DNA of 62,798 bases, filler included. It is 7 parts of 7 records of this genome, joined end to end, with 100 filler letters (N's around TTAATTAATTAA, not from the genome) between each part and the next. Parts side by side here need not be neighbours in the genome. Positions count along the whole stretch, not along the records: positions 44,009 to 49,341 come from SRR2962707_465; positions 49,442 to 56,260 come from SRR2962707_473; positions 56,361 to 62,798 come from SRR2962707_527; 4 more parts are not named here. One strand, written 5' to 3'. The notes beneath the pieces are model-generated. The model ran no database searches. It saw only the letters and a list, made by a program, of their open reading frames with translations, and was not told the DNA's origin. Of the stretch, positions 44,526-56,638 are shown one piece after another. The stretch's first letter is position 1; every line of letters begins with the position of its first letter. The translations under genes and the position numbers were made by a program.

Positions 44526-47500
44526 ATGTGGCGGTATTGCCACGCTCGGTGTGCCAAAGCCCTCGGTGTAGGCTTGCATCGCTATCGATCAAAAACTAGA
44601 ACACAGGGCATTTTACCTTTTGCCCCAAAGACCAGGAATTTCTCACGCCCCATGTCCGTGTGGTCTTCAATGCGCCAGCTTTTTGGGGGCAAGTCCAGCA
44701 ACAACGAGGTCGAAACCCCACTCCCCAAGGTGCCGAATACTCAAGCAGACGATTCAGTCGGTCGCGCTCGCGGTGGATATGACGACGAGGAAGACGATGA
44801 CGATGCCTACGATGACTACGACGACCGTGACTCCGAAGACGATGATGACTTCGAAGAAGATATCATTGGACAGCGTCCTCGCACAGACGCCTATGGGCGT
44901 TCGTCGAAACGAAGTCAACATAGCCACCACCGCGGTCGACAACATCATCGTCGGCGTGACGGTGTAGATGAAATTGCTGACGACATTGCTTCAGTGTTTG
45001 GTGACAGTGCCGTGCAAGACACGGATCTCCGCCATCCACACGAGTTTTACCCTCTTGCTCGACAAATGGGACGTAAAGTATACCTTCATATTGGTCCAAC
45101 CAATAGTGGCAAAACACACGCTGCCGTAGAGGCACTCAAAGCTGCCGACTCTGGCGTGTTCTGTGGACCACTTCGTCTGCTGGCATGGGAAATGTTTGAA
45201 AAACTCAACAGTCAAGGGGTCCCCTGCAACTTGCTAACTGGCCAAGAAAAGCAAGAGGTGCGCGACATCGCGCAACGAGTTGTAATGATGGCTACCAGCC
45301 TTGACGATTTTTTTAAAGGCGGTTGTAATGGTGGATGATTTGCGCTGGATAGGTACTCCACGACAATGGGGCCGCTGCCTCGCATGTGGCCTGCACAGTT
45401 GAAATGCTTTCGGCCACGCAGGAATACGACGTTGCTGTAATTGATGAAATCCAGATGATTGGTGACGAATACCGGGGATGGGCATGGACGCGGGCTTTCT
45501 TGGGATGCCGTGCCAGAGAAGTCCACCTCTGTGGGGACGAAACCACTGGTATGTTTGTCCAACTTGGTTTGTTGGTGGTCGTGCGTGTGAACTCACATTT
45601 GCATCAGGCAGTCTTATTTGCACATCGCTTTGTCCAGGCCCGTTAATCCAGCAACTCTGTGACATTATGGGCGAACCACTGGAAATTTGTCGTTACCAAA
45701 GGCTCAATCCTCTCATCTCCCAACGAAAACCAGTCAAGTCTTTTCGAGATATTTCACCTGGCGATTGCGTTGTGGGCTTCTCAAGGCGAAGCCTTTTCCA
45801 AATGAAACAACAAATCGAAGAGGCGCTAGATTTTTCTTCAAAAGTGTGCATTGTTTACGGTGGACTTCCACCAGAGACCCGAAAAGACCAGGCCCGGTTG
45901 TTCAATAGCCCTGACAACAACTACAATATCCTTGTTGCTACGGATGCGATTGGAATGGGTGAGTGAAGGATTTATCGTTGGTCATTATCTGAGTCGTGGC
46001 ATGCAACTTCTGTGCTCCAATACTTACTGTAGCTGCACCAACTTCTGCTAACTGTGCTCCATGCATTGCTTTGGGTTGGCTGTACGCTGCGTGTATTGAA
46101 GGTTTGAATCTAAACATTCGGCGTGTCATATTCTCGACATTGAAGAAATTTGATGGGGTGGAAAAGCGATTTCTCAAGCCAAGAGAGCTGCAGCAAATAG
46201 CAGGTTTGTTGCCCACTCGCTAGAGTTCGGTGTTTGTTTTTCCCAAAGATGTCGCGCAGTTTTGATGTTCGTGTAGCTCATTGCTTGTCGCACGCGGTTT
46301 TTGTGCATCCCCCTGATTCTGCTACAGGCCGAGCTGGGCGGTATGGTATGGACAACGAAGAGGGTTTCGCCGCGGTGATGTCTGCCAAGGACGTCGGTAC
46401 GTTTAGTTGTTCTGTCGATTATGATCCCTGTTCTGGATTTAGTTGTCAGGCTGTCGCGCCTGTCCCAATATATCTTGCACTCGGAGCGTGCTACTCTCAT
46501 TTGGAGTACTTCCACAAATTTGGCTCAGGTCGACTTCAGCACACTCTTGAGCAAAAAGTGAGACCATTAAAGCGTGCTGGTGAGGACTTTAATGCATCCA
46601 ACCAACATAGATGCTCTGGAAGGGACACAGCGTGCACAAATTGCAATTCAAGCAACGTTGCACACTGTGTGTGCTTGGCTGTAGGTATTGCGCCATCGGT
46701 CGAGCAACTCGAAGTGTTTTCACAAAGGCCAGATTTACAAAACGCAACTTTTAGCGAAATTTTGTTCAAGTTCATGATGGAGGCGCGATGCAGCGACCAT
46801 TATTTTCTTTGCGACGTCGAAGAGGCCCTGACAATTGCAGAGATGCTTGATGAAGTTGATGGATTGGGCAAGTCTGCCGCTGTTTCTTTTGTCGTCGACG
46901 TTTTCATCGCGTGATGCTCCGCTTGCCCTGTAAATGAACCTCAAAGTGATTCGGATACGCGTTGTTGGTCTCGCAGATTTGGCCGACTGTGCAAGCTTCT
47001 CGATGGCGCCGGTGGACACAAAGTCTGTGAAGTGTCTCGATGCGTTGTACGACTATGCAAGCAGCTTTGCAGATGCCCATGCAGACGATTTTGCCATTCG
47101 AGCAAATATTCATGTTCCAGCCGAAGTTCCTCGCTCGCCTTTCATGATTGCAAAGCTTGAGGAGCTGCACAAGGTTTGTTTGCGACGGCAATGTACCATA
47201 TTGCTCCAACGACTAGTTTCTAGAATCACAGCATTTCCTTCCCTGATGGAGTGTATTGCCTGTGTTGTAGGTGGCTGATCTTTATCTTTGGCTTTCACTT
47301 CGATATCCAACGCATTTTGTTGAAGGACAGCGGGTACGTTCTTGCGGACGGTTGTTGTGCGGCTGGTTTCGCATGGGTTCAAAAGGTGATGTCCAAAAAC
47401 TGTATCTGGAATGCAGGTTCGAAAGCAACGAAAGCAATGCGCCAAGTTGATTGAGGTCGGATTGGAACAACTCTCAGAGTCAGAGAAGAAACGATACCGT

Positions 47501-47723
47501 AGCCTCAGAGATACAGCTTTCAGCCGACGGCTTCGTGAGTCTTGGGCTTGCCTGCAATGTCGCCTGATGCAGAGTGCATCTTTTCCTTGACTCTGTCTTT
47601 CGGACAGTTGAGGCATCGCGCGATGAATGGTGTGGTGTGCTAGGCAAACCGAACAAGAAGCTCAAAGGCAAAGGCCGGAAGATGAGGCGGGGTTTTGGGA
47701 AGCAGGGTTCTCGAAAAATCTAG
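44526..47723 (+). CDS. SUV3: Mitochondrial ATP-dependent RNA helicase SUV3, multi-exon
   Basis: [50 protein letters not shown] and DLYLWLS motifs; basic presequence-like N-terminus. Confidence 0.95.
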
Positions 47724-47878
47724 GCAAATGTCTTGCATGACGGAATGGCACTGACGATACAATAAGAATCGGTCTCGCAAGGCGAGTTTGGCACGCTCAG
47801 CATACTCCACTTTTGACGGTGCACTTGCGTTTGGGAAGAATAAATAAGTAGTATTGAAATGATCGCGTTGGGAAGCTG

Positions 47879-49341
47879 CTATTTTGGTACAAAGACGAGC
47901 TGGCCACCACGCAGCTTTGCCGTTAACTTGACGGTAGAACTCCGGCTGTCTGTTCTTGTAGTGCTTGGAAGTCGCCCGTCGCCACCCTTTTGCTGTTTGC
48001 CCGAACTACGCTTGGTTGCCATATTTCGCTTGGACGGACGGGACTGGTTTTTGTGCTTGCTCGAGCGACGTTCAGAGTTGGTACCTTGAGATTTTTCGAT
48101 TTCAGGAGTTTGGGTATGGACTCTTGACTGCGAAACTTCATTGCTTGTTGGAGCTAACGAACGTGAATTCGTAGATTGGGCCATATCCTCATTTTGAGCA
48201 ACCCTTGAACTTTGGTCTTGTTGACGCTCAAACATCCAACCACGTTTGTCATCTTCGGATTGCTTGCGCTTGCTCGTGTTTTGGCTACGTTGAGTCTTGT
48301 TGGAGACAGTCGTAGTGGCGAAGTCATGGACCGTTGTTCGGTTTGAATCTCTCAAGTATTGTACAAAGAAAGGCTTGTCTGTTTGGTTGCTTTGCATCAA
48401 TTGGTTTTTTTCGCCACCGTCCCTGGTCTGCTTGCCTCGCCTTTGTCGGCGTTTCGAACGAGAGCGCGCTAGTTGGCGTTTTGGGGAAGAGCTAGTTTGA
48501 GCAGAAGAATTTACAGAAGCGGAAGGCACGCTGTTTTCAAGTGAAAATTTCCCAAGCTCCGTCCGTTGAGGCTGACCAGAGTCATGTTGTTCGAGGCTTG
48601 CTGAGCTCCAACTAGGCCCTCTTGCATGCTTAGGCGGAACCACTGTTGAATTTTGCAGCCTAGCACTGACATCCTGCCTTGAGTTACCGCCAGCAGCCAC
48701 CTCTGCGCTTCGTTGCTGCAACTGATGCAATGCGTTCAACCGATCCCGGATTTTCTGCTGGAACAAGTGCTGCTCACACTTTTCCTCCAAAACTTCGATA
48801 TGAGACTGCTGTCGTGATATTATTCCCTGCATTTCGGACTCACGAGCTTCGAAGTCACCTTGCAGGGCCCGCATTTCTTCAGTCAAATCCGATTCGATAT
48901 GGTTCAGCTCATCGTTGTGATTGGCATTCTGCTCGAACAGGCGATGGCGCAAAGCTGCGTTCTCTTCTTGCTGCAAGAGCAGGGTTTCAGCCATCAGAGC
49001 TTGACGAGACTGCAAAGCTGCGTGTGCCGCCTGCAGATTAGAAAAATCTTTTTCGACGATTTTCAGGCGCGCCAACTCGATGAGGAGTGCCTCGTGCGTT
49101 TGTTGCAAGTGTGTCGAAGCTGCACGTCCTTCGCACGAGTCAGCTCCACCGTCACTGGCTGTAGTTGCAGACTCCCGGTGCGAACGCCCAGGTTTGGCCG
49201 GTGGATTTCCACAGCCTTCAGCCAGCGCAGCTTCTTCGGCTTCAAGAGTCCCTTCGCTTGGATTGACTCTCAGTGAGAGCACTGTGTCGACGACGACCGA
49301 CTCACCGGCATCAGCGTTTTCAGGCTCACTTTCAACGACGG
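47879..49341 (-). CDS. Coiled-coil / low-complexity protein of unknown function (5' partial)
   Basis: Long open frame with a heptad-rich region and a Ser/Lys-rich tail. Confidence 0.65.
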
Positions 49342-49998
49342 NNNNNNNNNNNNNNNNNNNNNNNNNNNNNNNNNNNNNNNNNNNNTTAATTAATTAANNN
49401 NNNNNNNNNNNNNNNNNNNNNNNNNNNNNNNNNNNNNNNNNGTGTTGCCGTTGTTGCTGTATTTTACTTTTCGTTGCTCTTCGTTGTCGACTCGCTTTTT
49501 CTTGTTCCGTCGCTGTCGCTGCGGTACACGGGGTGTTCTCAGCTTCCACGCATATATCTTGCCTGTCTCTGCGCCAACGCAAAGCATGAATGTGAGTTGT
49601 GTGGGAGCGTGCATTTGTGAAGCTATTTTTTTTTATTCTCCTGTTGCTGGGTTTTTGCACGTGGCCAGCCATCGATGGGGTGGTGGCGATGATGAGGAAG
49701 TGCTGTTGCAGAAAAGTGAAAGTCAGTGACTGATAAGCAGGTGTCGGGTTGGTACTGGGTAGTCGGCGCGATGGCGACCAGAAGGAGCGACGTATTTAGT
49801 ACCGAACCCGTACCGTCGTGTCCGTGAAGCTGGAAAGTTCATATTTTATTTTGATAAAGCAGCACACGAGCGGAAAACCGCAGCAAACGAACCCGTCACA
49901 CTTCGCATTTGCCCACAATTCTAGCGAGCGTATTTTTGAATAGAACCAGTTCAGTGTCACAGCAGCACCAGCACCACCACCACCAAGCGTCTCTGAAC

Positions 49999-52266
49999 AT
50001 GTCCGGCGCCGAGGACCTTTCGATGTCCACCGCTGAAAGGGCTGCTCTGCAACGGCTGCGTGACGGAGGGGCCAAAATTAACCCATCCGGCTCTGGTGTG
50101 CCGCAGCACCAGCAAGGTGACCCTGGCGGCACCAACAGTATGTCCACATACGAGATTGCAGCACTGCAGCGGCTGTACGAGCTCCACGAGCTTCAACTGC
50201 GGCAGAACGAGCTCGCACGCCAAGAACAAGCAGCGTCCACATCTGCTGGGGAGGGCAAGGGAACGCGCGGCCTGCAAGCGAAGGTAAGCTTGGGGCCAGA
50301 ACTGCGAGTAGACCCCGCAGACGGCAATGCATACGACTTTGCTGATTTCATTGATTTCTACGGACTGGAGGCGGAGGAGCGCTGGGCACAGGCTGTTCCT
50401 CTCGACGCCTCCATGTTAGAGTCCCTGCGCGGGACTGAGGGGCCCGACACTGGAAAATCCGGTGCTTCCGGGGCGGGCCTGAAATCTCACGTTTCGGAGA
50501 GTGCAGGTACTGGTGCACAAGAGGAGCATGGTGATGCACCCGCCTCCAGTGTGCATCCTCGTGGCGCAGCACGGGAGGCTGTGCGAGCACTCGCTGCTGC
50601 GAAGGCTGCTGGTGCAGCAAAGCTTGTTGCTGGCCGACCTCCACCAAAAAGTCTATGGCAGGTCCTTGATCCGTCATTGCTTGACTCGATTGTTGACGAT
50701 GTTACGATACTTCGTGATCTCGTGCGGCAGCTTCGCCAAGAACGCAAGATCCGTCGTTTGAAAATGGAGGCGTTTGACCCTGATGCTGAGCAGGACCGTC
50801 ACGCCAACCAACTGCTTTACAATTCAGGTGCAGCCGCACCCATCGATTACGTGCGAGGATGGCGTGTAGTAGAGCGTGTCACTGCGCACAGTAGCAGTGT
50901 GACTTGCCTCGCTTTAGCTTTGTCTGCCAGTATTCTCGTCAGCGGCTCTGAGGACGGCGAAGTCCGGCTGTGGGGACTTGTTGCTGACGCCATGCCCGAG
51001 AGTGGTCATGCCACTCAGGGCGTCGGTGTTGACCGTAGTGATCGAGAACGTCTTACTGAAAGTGGCCAAACTGCAAAGCCTGGAACTACCACGCTATACG
51101 GCACATTTTTTTCTGGGGCTTCCGCCAGCACGAGCCGCGGCGACAGCATTCAAGATACATTGGCGAGCGAGGGAACAAGCACACTACTCACTCGTGCCAG
51201 TGGGGCTGTGAAATGCATCGAGTGCCTTGGTTTTGCATCGCACCTGGTGGCCGTTGCGGCCGCAAACGATGACGTGGGTGCTGTGATCCGGATTTGGGAC
51301 ATACTCACGCGCTCTCAGCATCAAGTGCTGCGTGGGCATTCAGATGTCGTGTCGTGTTTGACGTGTGCACTCTCGTTTGGTGCGGGGGCTGCAGCTGTGA
51401 TCATCAGCGGTAGCGAAGACAAATCTTTAAAAGTGTGGGAAGCCAACAGCGGCACGTGCATTCGAACGATGAAGGGGCATCATGACTCTGTTTGGAGCGT
51501 GTGTTGCCCCTCCAAGGGAGCAGGTGCAGGCGGGGATTCCACAGTCATCAGTGGGAGCTGGGACTGCACGATCAGAATTTGGGATTTTACGACTGGTGAA
51601 TGCCGGGGAGTGATTTCGGCTGCTCACAGTGATGGTATTTGGTCGCTGTGCTGCTGTCTTGGCGGTCCAGGGGGTGTCAACGGGCCCAATCACGTGGCAG
51701 GAGGAAGAAGCGGCAGCAACGGCAGCAACGGCAGCAACGGCAGTGCCTCCGTGCTTGGCCCTGTGAAACGTGGCGTTTTTTCGGCAAGCCTCTCGGGTGC
51801 CGCACAAGGCATGCGGGGCAGCGAGGTGGTCAAAGGAACCGAGGAGCCGCAAACTCGTCATGAAGCAGCAGATGCTTCGCATGTCCACCTTGTCAGCGGC
51901 AGCTGGGACAAGCAAATCAAAGTGTGGGATCTCAGCACCGCAGTGGAAGTAGGGGCAGGCTCACTACAGCAGGTTCACGTGTTTCGTGCCCACACGTTCA
52001 GTGTGACAGGACTCGCGGCGTTGCCGGGTACGCCATTGCTCGTGAGCTCTTCCGAAGACCGCACCCTTCGGGTTTGGAACGTGCACACAGGAGAACCTTT
52101 GGCTGTGCTGCTCGGCAGCAAAGGAGGTCGCCATGCCCAAGCTGACGGTCTACCTGGGCACACGGACGGCGTCCGTTGTGTAGTCGCATTGCCTGACGGC
52201 GTCACACTCATCAGTGGCGGATGGGACAAGCGCCTCGTGTTGTGGCGTGTTGAACCGCCGTTGTGA
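49999..52266 (+). CDS. WD40-repeat protein with N-terminal extension
   Basis: About 7 repeats such as GH...SGSEDKSLKVWE, SGSWDCTIRIWD and SGGWDKRLVLW. Confidence 0.93.
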   Translation: MSGAEDLSMSTAERAALQRLRDGGAKINPSGSGVPQHQQGDPGGTNSMSTYEIAALQRLYELHELQLRQNELARQEQAASTSAGEGKGTRGLQAKVSLGPELRVDPADGNAYDFADFIDFYGLEAEERWAQAVPLDASMLESLRGTEGPDTGKSGASGAGLKSHVSESAGTGAQEEHGDAPASSVHPRGAAREAVRALAAAKAAGAAKLVAGRPPPKSLWQVLDPSLLDSIVDDVTILRDLVRQLRQERKIRRLKMEAFDPDAEQDRHANQLLYNSGAAAPIDYVRGWRVVERVTAHSSSVTCLALALSASILVSGSEDGEVRLWGLVADAMPESGHATQGVGVDRSDRERLTESGQTAKPGTTTLYGTFFSGASASTSRGDSIQDTLASEGTSTLLTRASGAVKCIECLGFASHLVAVAAANDDVGAVIRIWDILTRSQHQVLRGHSDVVSCLTCALSFGAGAAAVIISGSEDKSLKVWEANSGTCIRTMKGHHDSVWSVCCPSKGAGAGGDSTVISGSWDCTIRIWDFTTGECRGVISAAHSDGIWSLCCCLGGPGGVNGPNHVAGGRSGSNGSNGSNGSASVLGPVKRGVFSASLSGAAQGMRGSEVVKGTEEPQTRHEAADASHVHLVSGSWDKQIKVWDLSTAVEVGAGSLQQVHVFRAHTFSVTGLAALPGTPLLVSSSEDRTLRVWNVHTGEPLAVLLGSKGGRHAQADGLPGHTDGVRCVVALPDGVTLISGGWDKRLVLWRVEPPL

Positions 52267-52510
52267 CCGCGGGTCCTACCATGCGTACTTTGCTTTTGCA
52301 CGCCTTCCAACATGCACCAATATGTCCCTGATTAACCTGCACGCTCGCGCAGTGATTCTGCAACCCGATCGTGGCGAAGTGGGAGTGGAGCGAGCCATTT
52401 GAAAGCGACCACCACGCCGCAGAATAGCCCTACCTCGAAATCTCAATTTTAGTTTATAGTTATTATTATCATGTTTACCTTGTCACAAAAAAGAAATGAT
52501 GATATAATCA

Positions 52511-55500
52511 CTAGTGAACATCGGACGATGTCCGCAGCCGATGAATGGTCGCAACTGTACCACTCCGCGATCCTGCTGTGGCGCTTGACGCGCGCTGCTT
52601 TTGTGGCCTTGCCCCCGAAAGTTTCACGCCTCGAGGCGGAGCCAGCGTCATGGCAGCGGCAGCTGCTGCAGCTGTTTCCACCGTTCGCAAAGTACCTTCG
52701 TCTGAGCTTCGCGGGCTCTCCATGCCGCCGCCACCTCGCACAGCAAAACCGGCCTCGTCAGCTGAAACATCATGGCCATTTCCCCTACTTCCAGTGTTCT
52801 GGCGATCGGCTGAGTCGGCTTTGCTGAGACCTGCTCGCACAAGTTGATCTTGTTGGCGAAGATACTTCAATCGCTTGAGATCGTCGAATGCCGCTTCTGC
52901 GCTGTTGATGTCTTCTGCAGCGAGCGGGTGCAGCCCGTTGAAGTCAGCCCGTCCGTAGCGTCCCTGCTGAAAGCCGCGCACGATCGCCGAAAGGCGACTG
53001 CAGTGAGCATACACTTGGCTAAGTTCTGTACGGTACTCTTGCACTTGTCGTTTTTTGTGCGCGTAAAATTTGTTCAGCTGCTCCACGAACGAAGAAATCT
53101 CATGAGATCGCTTGTGCATCCAATGCTCGAACTGCTGCTTCATCTGGGCAATCGCGGCCTCAGACGATGAGGACGTCGACGAGGAACCGTGGCCTTGGCG
53201 ACGGTGGTGCCCGCCATGGCGTCGATGGCCGTGCCGCCCGGAAATGCGTGTGCGGCCGCTGCCGCTGAGACGACGCCCTGCAGTGCTCCGTGGAGCTGTG
53301 AGCTGGGTGCGCTGGTGGCGCCCGTGCATCAGTGATCGGCCTGCAGCAAAATCTCCAGCTCCAGCTCCATCGCCACCATCAGCAAAGTCATCACCCCGCG
53401 CTGAAGACCGACTCCAGCCCCCGCCGGTGCTCGCAAACTCACCCTCGAAGTCTTCCTCCTCGTCGTCGAAGTCTTCCTCTTCGGCTGCCAATACGCTGCG
53501 GCCGCCAAAACTGCTCTGCTTCGTCTCGGTGGAAAGCCGGCGCAATCGTCCCCCAGAGGCAGCAGCAGCAGCTGCAGCCATGGAAGTTGCACTGGATCGT
53601 TGGGTAGCTTGAAGAGCAAGTTGGTTGTTCACAAATTCTTTGATATTCTCCTCGTGACTTTTTTGTGCTTCAGACAGTCGGGTCTCATAGACAGACTGCT
53701 GTTCCTGCAAAGCGCGCGACAACTGGTCAACTGTGGCGTTCAGTGAGTCTATTTTGCCAATGTAGTCAGCCTGTGCCGCTTTGGTTTGTACGCGTTCAAG
53801 TTCAAGCTGTTGCTTCGCATCTGCAAGCTTGTCTTTCCCACGGTCTAACTTTTTTTGGAACTGCGAACGCTGGTCGTGTAGTAAGCGGCGCGTGGCTTCG
53901 GCCGAAGCAGCAGGGGCGGCTGGTAAAACAGCGGCGTGTACGGGTGCGTGAAGGCGCAACGCAGCGCTGCCATCGTCAGTGTCGTCCCCAAGCGCGGCCT
54001 CAATGCTACTTGCCGACGTGCCAACGATGCGGCCATCCTCAAGGCGAAAGCGACCGTCGGGCAAAACCTCACCCTTGATGCCCAATTGTGCCATGATGTC
54101 TGCTGTCTGGTTGAGGAGAAGCGTTTTCAGGACGGTGATCTTGAAATTGAGTTGCTTGACTTGCTTGCGCAGCTTGAGCAAAGTTTTATTGAGGAGCGCC
54201 ACGTCCAGCTTGCGATTGACCACAGGGGCATTGCTGACACGGCGGCAGTGAGCGGCAAACAGCTTGCCAGAGAGAGGGTGATGCAACAGCGCCCATCGAT
54301 GCGGTTTCGATTTGTCGTGGTTGCACGTCAAAAATAGAGCAACAATTCAACAGCACAGCGTCAGAGCGTTGAGACTTTTTGCGGCAACAGGCGAAATTAG
54401 CAACCACGCATCAGCAAATACTCGTGGTTGGTGGGGCTGTGCTAATCGTACCAGCGTGCTCAAGCATTCCTCGTAGTGGATTCCTAGAGGATGGACCGTG
54501 GCGAGAACAGTTGTGAAAGAGTTTCCACCGAGGCTGTTTTGCAAAATGCGCGTCAGCTTTGAGTCACGATACGGTACAAAGTTCTCCTGCTGATGCATGC
54601 AATCAGGTACCAACACGCACGTGACAACAGCAGTCAATGTGGGGTGAAAAGTGAGCACACACGAAAGCCAGCGTCAAAAATTACTTCGTCAACTGCGGAA
54701 CGTGGCAGCGAAGGTGCGAGTCGATATAATAAACGCCGACAAAAAAACTAAAGTTGTCGCACTCCTCACCTGGTCAAGGTTGCTCAAAGTTTTCGATGTG
54801 GACGGATTGTGACCGCGCGGCGACTGGGGCGAGTCCCCGTCCCCGGTCCCTTTGCTATTGTCGACACTTCCGCCTCCTGTCTTTTGTTCTGGGTCAAGTG
54901 CTAGAATTACTTTTCCGAGCGCGCTCAGGCTGGTGTTGATGGATAGAGCTTCCTTAAGTCGCTGGCCCGTGGCTTCACTTTTCAGCACGCGCTCTGAACC
55001 GGCAAGATCAATCAAGTTGAGGTCGGAGCAAGTTTCTTGGCCAGTGATCGACGAGGTGCGGGTGACGCGAAAAATCACAACGGTGTGCGAACGCGATGAC
55101 ACATCATTCATCTTAGTCTTGTGCGTGGCGCGCAACTGGAAGCAACGTTTGATGGTGTCGAGGACAGTCTGCGTATCTGTGGCTGGAATGAACTCCGCGT
55201 CTTTGATCATGACGCGGCCACTCGCATCCTCGTAAATCTTGTGGCTCGGCCCGAGCACCGAACTGAGGTTGACGCTCGATTGCTTGCGCGCGGACTCTTT
55301 TGAAGCATACCACTCGGAGGTGCTTTGCTGCTGAGGCGCATTGCCGCCCTCGTCGTTGTCGGCATCCAAGCCCATCCTCATTGCCGCCTTTCCCAGGTCG
55401 CGGATGTTGTCACAGTAGATCTCGAGGACGCACATGGTCACGCTGCTCTCCATTGTGGAATCTGTCTTGAGGGCCCAGAACATTTTCTTGATGCAGCGCG

Positions 55501-56110
55501 GGATGATGCCCTGATGCACGCAGGACGCACGGCCAGACCCAAGTGAGGAAGAAGGAACGAACACAAAGCACCACAACGCGCGCGCGGTGGTCACGAATGG
55601 CAGGAAATGCGAGCGGCCGCCGCGCCGCGCGTCACGCCAACCCGTACATGAACACAACTCCAACGCCACTCAGAAAGGACGGCGTGCAGCAAGCACAGAA
55701 AGCACAGAAAGCACAGAAAGCACAGGCATCGACGGACGAACCTGCTGGGAGTTTGAGCCGTAGATGCTGTGGGTTTTGCCAGATCCCGTCTGGCCATAGG
55801 CAAAGCAGCAAGCGTTGAAGCCGTTGAGCACTTTGGAGACCAGCGGCTCAGCCACAGCCTTGAAGACTTGCTCCTGCGACGCGTCCGGCGCGAACGTGGC
55901 GTCGAATTTGAACTTGTGCCCTCCGGAGCCCGCGCTCCCGTTGCCGTCCTTCGGGTTGCGCAACGTCAGCAGCCCGTTGCCTGAGGGCACTTCGAACATG
56001 TTCGGAGTAGGCTCCTTGCCGTTGGCTGGCGGACGCAAGCGGATGAAGACCTTGATGTTCTCGCTGTCTTTCAAGTTCGAGTAGTCGCTCATCACCTTGT
56101 GGCTCGTCAT
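52511..56110 (-). CDS. Kinesin with N-terminal motor and coiled-coil/low-complexity tail, 4 exons; family unassigned
   Basis: [37 protein letters not shown] and [19 protein letters not shown] motifs. Confidence 0.92.
55691..55725. repeat. 9-bp tandem repeat (AAGCACAGA) x about 4 within a kinesin intron
   Basis: Direct reading. Confidence 0.85.
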
Positions 56111-56236
56111 GGTTGCTGCCCTGTCTGTTGTGAGGGGAGCAGCAACGTAGGCGAGTCAACCGATGGGGAGGGAGCTACACACAAACTCAGCACCACCACA
56201 CCCGGACGGACAGCGAGCACCACGAAAAGGCAACCG

Positions 56237-56260
56237 CTCTCTCTCTCTCTCTCTCTCTCT
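56237..56260. repeat. (CT)n microsatellite at contig end; (CTT)n at 56361-56385 and (CAG)n at 37300-37326 also mark contig ends
   Basis: Direct reading. Confidence 0.9.
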
Positions 56261-56638
56261 NNNNNNNNNNNNNNNNNNNNNNNNNNNNNNNNNNNNNNNN
56301 NNNNTTAATTAATTAANNNNNNNNNNNNNNNNNNNNNNNNNNNNNNNNNNNNNNNNNNNNCTTCTTCTTCTTCTTCTTCTTCTTCGCTTTGTTGTGGTTT
56401 TCCGTGGGGTGCGTGCTGTGGGGTGCGTGCTGTGTGCTTCGTGTGTGGGAAACCGGTTCTTCTCTGCGTGCTGCAGGGGTGTTGCAGCAGTATACTGACC
56501 CACTTGCGGCTCGCCGCTGGCGAGGGTGTGACTTTGTCCTTCAGTTGACGTTGTTTCACTGAAGCTGGTCGGTAATACACAGACACAGCCAGACAGACAG
56601 ACGCACGCGCCGATCTTACGTTTGCTGGGCCTCCAAAT

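Noticed and set aside
49442-49700. Possible gene fragments at contig starts (also 44009-44041)
   Set aside because: Too short or truncated to support a call
51712-51745. (GGCAGCAAC)n repeat
   Set aside because: Ordinary coding slippage repeat (GSN) in a WD40 loop
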